Of a DNA stretch of 64,000 nucleotides, positions 55,656-64,000 are shown piece by piece. The position numbers were made by a program, and so were the translations under genes. Source of the DNA: Takakia lepidozioides. Lineage: Eukaryota > Plantae > Bryophyta. The stretch lies in assembly GCA_030704615.1 (NCBI GenBank), contig CM060732.1:23560001-23624000 (forward strand). The letters run 5' to 3'. A model generated the notes under the pieces. It searched no databases and was not told the origin of the DNA. It saw only the letters and a list, made by a program, of their open reading frames with translations. Position 1 is the first letter of the stretch; each line of letters opens with the position of its first letter.

Positions 55656-58600
55656 TCACATACGGGAAATCTGCAAGGGGGCCAAATCAAGTTCCTCTGC
55701 CATTACTGGCTGAAACACCTCCAAATCACAGCACCTGCCTGCAAAGCGTTTGCGGCACTCTTCAGCAGCCATGATCCCTGTGGCAAATGCACCATGCACA
55801 GTTCCCGGAAATCTCTGGCTCGTAGCCTCACCAGCCCAAAAGAGATTATCGACTGGCGCACGTAACCGCTCATACAAGTCATGCGGCTTTCCGACTGCAT
55901 CATAGCTGTAGCACCCCAGTGAGCTCGGATCTGTTCCCCAGTGTGAAACAAGATAACGGATCTGCTATGCCAACACTAAGTCAGAAGTGCTTCCTTCATG
56001 AGATGAGGAGTTGCTCCGTACTGTGTCAGCCATTATGGAGGGAAGAGTGCAGTAAAGCATACATTTCGGGTGTTTGGGAGCTGTGCAAGACAACCAAGAT
56101 TGGAATTACACAATACATTATTTCTGAAAAACACATACCGGCTCTGATGCATTGGGCAGAATTCTCTTGAGCTGCAAAACAGCAAAGCTGGCAGCCGCCT
56201 CATCAGACAACTTCTCTATGTCATTAGCAAGACGCCCTGCAGCCACACTGCTGTAGTCAGAACAGAAGACGATGGACACTAGCAAGGAGACATTTGCTAA
56301 CAGTCAAATACAAAGACTACAGCCCTACTACTGGCAATGTCATGAGCATGCTGCTCTTCTCTTTCTCTGAAGATGTTTATTATACTTATTCGTCCAAACC
56401 CCTAGCCAAACTCCAGGAGGGTAACTGCATCTTCTAATGGACATAGGCAAGGAGACCGTTGCTAGCCTGTCGCTGCTGGAACAATAACTGACAAAGACTA
56501 CATCCCTACTCCTGGCAATGTCACAAGCATGCTGCTCTTCTCTCTCTTGGTCTTAAGCTGTTATACATGTCCATACCCCAAGCTAAACTCCAGGAGGGTA
56601 ACCGCATACAGCATGCTGGGATAGCCAACTTCCACAAGGAACAGTAGTGAGTAAAATCTGTCAGGGAAGAAGAACATATCTACCTGCGGGCATGTAAACC
56701 AAGACAGGATGGCCAGTAGCCTTGTGAAGATTCAAAAAGTAGCTACACCCATATGATGTGGGAGCAACCACCCCCAGAAACTCAACATTGGGCCAGCACA
56801 CTGTGTCAAAATACAGCGCAATCTTGTTCTCATTTCCAACACCTAAATCAGCAATTGCTGTCTCCTTCCATTCTGGCAGTCTTGGTTCAAATCGCACATA
56901 GTTGCTTTTAAGCACACCCAAAGGCACTGCAACTACTACTGCATCAGTGTCAAACAGCTTTCCATCTTCTGTGGTAACTCGCACCCCAGGGAGCCGCCGA
57001 TTAACCTTTGTTACCCTGTCCACATATACATGAGTTCAAAAACTTATCTTCCTTCTACCCCCTTTCTACCCCTTGGCCTTTCTTACAGTTTAGAACAACA
57101 ATTTCGAAGTCATTGGTTCCCTGCCCCATTTTGTTGTTCACCCCTTATTGCATATAGAAGAGCCACAATTTGAAATGCATGTGTGTCATTGGGGGACCAC
57201 TTAACACCAAAAGAATATGAGTCCTAGAAAATCTGACACTAGCAAAACTAAAATTACAAGATTAACCATATATTTAATATGGAGTTCAGGATAGGCCAAA
57301 ATCAGACGTCCCTCTCGTGCTAAGTGTGTGTCTCCACCACAAAGGGACACCCAACCAGGTGATTCCTGGACAAGGATAATGGAATATATGTCAGAAAGAC
57401 TGCATTAAGTCAACGGCCAACGGACCAGACCTATGATTAAGACGAATGTCAAGGCCTTCAGAGAGGGAGATGATGACCGGCTCATAGCCTCTCACCATCA
57501 GACCATGACCACCACCCAGCAACTCTTCCTGCACACACACACATGGACTCATGATTGATCAACTATGCATCTCTTGTGCTCATATGCAGATTGGCACCAA
57601 AATATAACTCAAAAGATCTGTAGTACATACTCAAGGGACACTTGGAAGCGACTTGCCATAACCTGCCAAAGACTCATCATCTCTCAATACCTATAATATT
57701 CAGTTCTGAAGTAAAATCCAGCAACATTGACCAACCTGGGTCCAATGCTATCGTGCAACAGACTACATGGGATGGCTACCCCTTTAGATGCAATAGACAA
57801 CTATAGGTAGAGAAGCACGTGATTTCAGTAACTCTGTTTTAGCAGTTTGAAGATTACCTCATCCCAACTTTGCACAGAGATATTGTCAGCATCAGCTGCA
57901 AACCAGCCCTCCATGCGACACAAGTACCACTGCAAAACCTTATGTGCCATACCCTCTTGCCTGCATGGATTAAGCACTACATTTTAGTACTAAGCCTATC
58001 CATATATTCAGTAGCATTTTGCCCCCTTTCACAATTCCAGCCAAACTGAAATATTATGCCCTCCATGCCACACAAGTACCACTGCAAAAACTTATGTGCC
58101 ATACCCTCTCGCCTGCGTGGATTAAGCAGTACATTTTAGTAGTAAATCGATCCGTACGTTCAGCAACATTTTGCCCCCTTTCACAATACCAGCCTCCTCA
58201 AATCAAAGAACATTATGTCCCACCTAGATATAGCTAGCCATATTAATCAGAAGCCTGACTGGTAAAAATTCCCCACCTCAACTCAGGTCTTCTCTCCAAC
58301 ACCATTGAAAACGCCTTCATCACTGACATGTCATTGGGAAACTCTTCCCGAATTTTCTTCGTCTAGATATAAAAGCCAGTCAAACAGCATGTGACCACAA
58401 TTAGACTGAATAGATTGCGAACACCGTGATAACAAAAAATTTGGCTTCACAGAAGCTGTGAGAAAATCCTAATGGATGAATTGAGTACACAATACTTCTA
58501 TGCACCATGGTAAGAGAACTCCCAGCATGGACAAGTGCAAACACTACATCCAGGTACAGCAATGGGAATGTTGAATGATGAATGACAAATGCTTTACACA

Positions 58601-60668
58601 CACACCAACAGTGATTGTGCACTGACACAGAGAGGTAGAGGGACATGGAAAAGTGGGAAGATAAGTTTGATATCCATAAGCTCACAGACAGCAATACACG
58701 AAGACCTTACCTCTTCCAATAAGCTCTCAAACACTTCCCCAACTTCTGTGACAAGAGTTTGTGGAACTTGGTGACCTTCCATGTCAAAAAGCGCATAGCT
58801 GAACAACACCATCCCATTACAAACCAACTGTCAGGATTTCGCACTCAACATCCATGCCTTCATCACCCCACATGGTATACATCCCTACCACATGTATCAC
58901 TGTGAACCACTTCAGCACTCCCCTCAGAGGGTGAATGTACCCCACCTCTACAACATCTTGTATCTAGCCTGATTGATTCCAATCAGAACCAAAGACTAGC
59001 ACAAAATCAGCTGACCACACTGGTGGCAAAGCCAGACCACAAAGTGGCTGCCTGCATCGACCAAGAATAAGCAAGGCTAAATGACGAGGGAGGGTGCCAC
59101 CCCCTGGCATGCGAGGGAACGGGTGCAGCATGACATCACCTCTCTGAAGGTAAGGCGGTCAAGGATGGTTACTCGGCCCCGCTCCTTGCGACTAACCAAA
59201 GTTAGTCAGTCACCACCACACCTGCCCCTTTCATACCCTCTACACATTGCCCTAAACAATCCAACCAATGTAACGACTAGCTCAGTAATCACAGCACCCA
59301 GAAACCAGGGCTCATGTTTGGGCAGTGGTTGCCAGGATTTCCCGTGGAAAAGGCCGATTCCATGAGAAACTCTATAAAAGCCGTAGCAACCAATGGCCAA
59401 CAATCTAACCCTGGTTAGTGGGTGGGACACCAAGGTGGCTTCTGCTCCAGCCCTACAAATACCTACCCTCACCACACAATCATGTCTATAAATCTTGCTA
59501 CTGCAGAAAGGTAAGCCTGCTCCCAACTGCACTCTAAAAACATCATCTGCTTGTCAATCTGCGCAGCACAAGGATTGAACCCAACAAACTAGCACACTGT
59601 GCCTAGTACGGGCTCCCACAAAGAGCCCAGTACGAGCAACATATGTAATCCTGCACTGTTTCATAGTGGTGACAATCTATCCTTGTCCTAGCTACTGGAT
59701 GGTCCTCACTTTCCAGACGAAGTTCCAGATCCAGTAAGGACAGATTAACGGCTCCCCAATTGACCCTGGTGTGCAGAAGCGATACAGCAAAAAAGACACG
59801 TGTCTTAGATCTAAGTGATGCAAATCAATAAAGATTGAAGTCCCTGCCTCTCTAGATCATGATCGTAGAGCACCGAATTGTCTCCACTGGTCCGATACAA
59901 GGGTAACCGCAATTTCCCAATAACGGACGCCAAAGGATTCTCCTTACAGACTCCATGCAACCTGCCAAAGACCATAGTTTGTTAGCTCCAACACGCTCTA
60001 AAACTGCAGCTTGGATAGAAATGCACTTTGCACTCTAGGCACAGTTTTTGCAGAAATTTAAAATAACCACAATCAGTTTGAGCAACCATGGTATTACAAC
60101 CGCCTCCAACCATCTTAGCACCAAGCACGATGTCAACACATATCATACACAACATATTTGGAGGACAGAAGAGTTACCAAGATGCACCCATGTCGACAGG
60201 AAACCCAAAAGAGTAATCTGTATATACACGGCCTCCTATTCGATCCCGGGACTCCAACACGACAACCTGCAAAAGTGCAGAAGATGTCTCACACATTAAG
60301 CAGAAGCTTCTGATTCAAACACTCACAGCTTGATATTGAGTAGCTTTTTACTTCGACTCAGTTCCTGCTTAACTGGTTGACTGGAAATACACTACTATAG
60401 ATAGATTATTGAACACCAGAAGCTTCAACAGGAAAACTATAGGCTCAGTTGCCTTCCCTTCTGGAAAAACCTACTGCAAACAAGAATAGGACACCTGTGT
60501 ACCCAGATACCCTGGTGAAGAACAAAAACACTGAAACATGCACACGCTGTATGCGCCCGTGACCATGAGTACCTTACAGTGCGAGTTGTGCAGAAATCGC
60601 GCTGCTGCTAGGCCTGCGATTCCCGCACCAATTACAACCACCGAGGGGTAAGATGACGCTGCTGTCAT
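55656..60668 (-). CDS. PAO2: Polyamine oxidase, peroxisomal PAO2/3/4 clade (multi-exon)
   Basis: FAD motif [17 protein letters not shown]; [52 protein letters not shown]...GTVHGA; C-terminal PTS1 -SRM*. Start placed at the first in-frame ATG (60668); the true N-terminus may extend upstream. Confidence 0.93.
56272..56608. repeat. Diverged ~170-180-bp tandem duplication within a PAO intron
   Basis: ATGGACA..GCAAGGAGAC, ACAAAGACTACA.CCCTACT.CTGGCAATGTCA..AGCATGCTGCTCTTCTCT and AAACTCCAGGAGGGTAAC.GCAT each occur twice in the same order. Confidence 0.85.
57906..58194 (-). repeat. 152-bp-period tandem duplication spanning a PAO intron end and the 5' half of an exon
   Basis: 57906-58042 is highly similar to 58058-58194, including the CAG acceptor and codons EGMAHK.LQWYLC.MEG. 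Confidence 0.9.
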
Positions 60669-61049
60669 TCTCACCCCACATGAGTCTGCAGAGATTTTGC
60701 CTTTTTTCAGTTAAAACTGTCCTCAAAAAGTTTGTATGAACATATAAAATACCTGGCTGTGGTAACAACCAGGCTGCATGAGGGGAGAACCAGTGCTGTA
60801 GCTGCTTTGTCCAGCAGTTACCAACCTGAAGGACAAGCCCAGCAGCACGTTGACAGGCCCTATCCGGAAACCTAATTAGCCTGACAAACATCTTCATTCA
60901 AATGACAGACACCTTGACATCGTTGATCCTGGTAGGGATCTGAATCCGGTTTTCAAGGAAAGCATTTTCAGTTCAAGAGAGAGTTATCGCCCAACACCAG
61001 GGTGTTAGAAAGCCATTCACTGAGGTGGCTCTCTGCCCAAATTCATGAT

Positions 61050-61656
61050 TGGCAGTCCCAAAAATCCAGAAAAAGAGATGGCCAGTCTTAAATAGACCAG
61101 CTTACCAGTCTGTGATCTCTTGTCCCCGCAGATGTTGGATCAACAGTCTCGTTGGGTGATGAGAGATTGAGAGAGGGCGGGGTCAAGGAGGGACATCTCG
61201 TTCTATCATCAAAAGATCATGTTTTCTTTCCACAGAACTTTCATTTAGGGAATCTCCTTTTGCTAAAAACAGCAGACCTGCAGTCGAGGAAATCTGAGGA
61301 AAGAGACAAAGTAGTCTTTACTTAGAGACTGGCTTGGAGTCTGTGATTTGTTCTCGCTCCAGATTCCGGCTTAACGGTCTTGCTGGGGAAGAGAGAAATA
61401 GAGAAGGAGGGGGTCATGGGCGGGACACCAGGCCATTCCTCGTGGATAAACATATTTCAGTCGAGAGGATTTTCGTTCTGAAAATCCTTAGCCAAAAACA
61501 CCAGAATAACTGGCAGTCGGGAGAATTTGAGAAAAGAGAAAGGTAGTCCCTTTAAAGAGACTGGCTTAACAGGTCTTGCGGGGGAAGAGGTAAAGAGAGA
61601 TATAGGGGGCTGGACGCCAGCCCACTTGATCCATCATGGAAAGATCATGTTTCCAT
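61050..61656 (-). promoter_or_regulatory. Three diverged ~200-230-bp tandem units, each with uORFs, in the presumed PAO 5' leader
   Basis: Units start GAAACATGATCTTTCCATGATG (~61653), GAAATATGTTTATCCACG (~61458) and GAAAACATGATCTTTTGATG (~61226). They share the blocks CCC.C..CAAGAC.GTT.A.CC, AAGC..GTCT.T..AAGACT and TCT.TT..CT.A.ATTT...GACTGC. Confidence 0.6.
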
Positions 61657-63499
61657 ACAACAACAACAACTTGATTTTCTCCTTGGCCCGAAAAGAAAGC
61701 AGGTGTCAGTCAGACGCAGCACGAATGAGGGCAAAATATTATAGGTTCAACCGAGGGCGGATGAAAACAGAAACACACCGGAGTGGCGGGAATTAAGTTG
61801 TTCCGTGGGCGCCATAGATGGCGTTGGGTGCGTTGCGAGTGACCTTCCAGTTGCGAAGCTTCAAAAGTGCGCCTCGGGTGACACAAAGATATACAGGCAC
61901 TCATGCAGGGAGAGGATTAGAGACGGGGAAAGAGAAAAAGATAATGCTCAGATCAGGATCTCCCACAACCAGACGGACAAGGAGACGCACGGCCTCGGAC
62001 GATCGGCGAGACGAGGTGATCAATCCACAAATACCACAAGACTAAAAGCGTCAGCCACCAGCTTTTGTCAAGTCAGAGCGGCAGAGATCGATTAGGGCAA
62101 AAGTCAGATACCCTGATCCAGCAGCACGCAAATCAACACACAAACACGCAGCAAAGGGATTCGGCTGTGCTCGGTCAAAATATTGCAGATCTGATCTCAA
62201 CCAAAACAACTCTTATAATACTAGTCCCATTCACTGCTCTCCACAAGAACTAGGGCCGTGATATAAACCCCTCTGGCCAGACAGACGGAGGACGATGCTG
62301 TCTCTCTCTCTCTCACAAACAAACACAGCCCCCTTGCGATGGAGATCGAGAAGGATCGAACGCGTGACGACGACGACGACCAACAGCGAGAACTCGCACT
62401 GCCATGGAAGCTACTTACCCAGGGGTCCGGCGTATGGCAGGCCCACACCCCTTGCAGCAGGGGTGAAACCCTATTTGGCCCAATGTTGGAGACCCACGTG
62501 GCATCGTCAGATGCAATTAGGGCAAGTCAACCCCTACAACCGTAACGGTATCCCTGTCGCGTCTGTGCTTGGATGACAAATTCTCCGCCGATGGGGACAT
62601 GTTTTCGTCCGTCCGCTGGTCCTCATCCATACACTTACGCTGGTAGGTAGATACCTACCTACCGGTGGGTAGGTACGGTAGGTACGCTATATGTACCTGC
62701 CAGCTCGGAGATACGTACGGAAGGTGTGGTGGAAGCGCGGTCGCAGGTCTGACTAGTTTGGAGCCGCGCGGCGCCCACGTATTGGTGGCCGCGGTCGACG
62801 ACCAGCCGTGCACGCAATGGATGAATAAGTGTGGACGGCGTGTGCGAACGTATGGCAGGTGCCGCGTTGGATCATTCCGGCACGGCAGCACGGACGGCAG
62901 TAACGGACGGAAGTTGACTGGGTAACGGCACTGCGGCGGCAGTTGAGAATTTCTCCCCCTCGCTTTAAGAAAATAAGATTTAAAAGTAAGAGAGAGAGCC
63001 GCAATGTATTATTCAATATTAACCCTTAAGTGTAGGGGCGGGCCAGTCAATGGCCTCCAGACACGGAAATTTTATATATCAAAGTGTCTTGTTGTTGGAG
63101 TTGATTATGCGGGCCAAATTCAACGCTCCATTTTAGTAGGCCACCGACGCAAGTATGCTCGATTTGTTGACTTCTGAAGATGGACTGATAATTGTCAACA
63201 GGGCTCCAATGCCCAACTCAACAATGTCAATGGAGAGTGAGAGAGCCGGCCAACCCACGTAACTAAGAGCCACTTCATCGCACAGCTATTAAAGTTATCC
63301 GGTAAGTCACCCTCCCTTCCGCCCCCTAATACATCCCCACACTGCCTTGTGGTGGTAGGATGGGCGAGCTTGCATCAACTGCCCACGCTAAGGTAAGTGT
63401 TAGCCTCATGTCAACGTGGGCCCCCGCCCCAGCCTCCCCGTTTGTTCCACACGGTGCCATGTAGCCGGAGAGGCCAAAAACCAAACAAAGGATGAAACC

Positions 63500-63690
63500 A
63501 GTGTTGGGCGGTTACCCGCCTGGCCCCGGGTATCCGCCGGTTCCGGTTATGTGGAACCGGACCGGAACCGGAGCCGCTCATTGGGGATTGTGTGGGAACC
63601 GGAACCGGCGGTTCCAGCTACGACCACATGTGTGGGAACCGGCTGTTCCAGCTCCAAAGCGGTTCCGGTTCCGGTTCGGGTCCACCCGTG
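63500..63690. repeat. GGAACC/GGTTCC-rich subterminal-type repeat, possible hAT-like element end
   Basis: Begins CAGTGTTGGGCGGTTACCCG and carries many GGAACCGG/CCGGTTCC units. No matching opposite end was found. Similar units occur at ~44480-44580. Confidence 0.35.
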
Positions 63691-63761
63691 GGCTGTAGCC
63701 CTAAATGTCTCTAGTACCTGGGGCTGGTGGGCCCAGGGAAAAACTTATTTAATGCTCTTAA

Positions 63762-63870
63762 GCTCCTGAGATCGTGGGTTCAATGCTTGAAGGCCATGAG
63801 ATTCTATGTTCAATGCTTCAGCGCTATGAGATCTTGGGTTCAATCTCCAGCTCCATGATATCCTGGCTAA
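63762..63870. repeat. ~30-bp diverged tandem repeat, about 3.5 copies
   Basis: CTCCTGAGATCGTGGGTTCAATGCTTGAAG / GCCATGAGATTCTATGTTCAATGCTTCAGC / GCTATGAGATCTTGGGTTCAATCTCCAGCT. Confidence 0.7.
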
Positions 63871-64000
63871 GTTCATTAATAAAATGTTTGAAGATGCCAA
63901 TACTTGCCAGGTAGCTGAATAGTACTTTCAACCCATAAAATTTTACCCATTTTCTTCTACCAGTTTATTTAGAGTATTTTTGTTTGTTTTTTTGTGTTAG

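Noticed and set aside
62640-62690. GGTA/TACC quasi-palindrome upstream of PAO
   Set aside because: Low-complexity tetranucleotide repeat with no evidence of function.
63019-63130. TTAACCC piggyBac-like left end
   Set aside because: No matching inverted end in the window, and the motif is too short to support alone.
63762-63870. tRNA gene or CRISPR-like array suggested by GGGTTCAAT repeats
   Set aside because: No cloverleaf and no unique spacers; this is a plain diverged tandem repeat in eukaryotic DNA.

Overview
Gene-dense, intron-rich eukaryotic DNA from a land plant, most likely a non-seed plant (inferred from gene content and bryophyte-style PLS-PPR repeats). Bases 1-12.7 kb are a transposon-rich block. 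It holds a spliced, frameshifted Ulp1/C48-protease gene, an intronless linker-histone-derived Arg/Ser-rich (protamine-like) ORF, and a degenerate L1-type LINE. The LINE has an inverted endonuclease segment and is interrupted by a MITE-like insert and a 2.4-kb insert carrying a PLS-E PPR pseudogene. Bases 13-62 kb hold six multi-exon genes: organellar glutathione reductase (+), a CHD remodeler resembling CHD6-9/Kismet with a C-terminal PIP-box-like motif (-), a P-class PPR (+), ASF1 (-), mitochondrial trans-2-enoyl-ACP reductase (+) and a peroxisomal polyamine oxidase (-). Introns carry a small retroposon 3'-end family, and a PIF/Harbinger-type element lies at 52.9-54.0 kb. The most unusual signals are the triplicated uORF cassette upstream of the polyamine oxidase and a decoy duplicated splice acceptor in the same gene, plus the protamine-like H1 derivative and the subfamily-III-like CHD. 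All gene models were built by eye and no database search was run.
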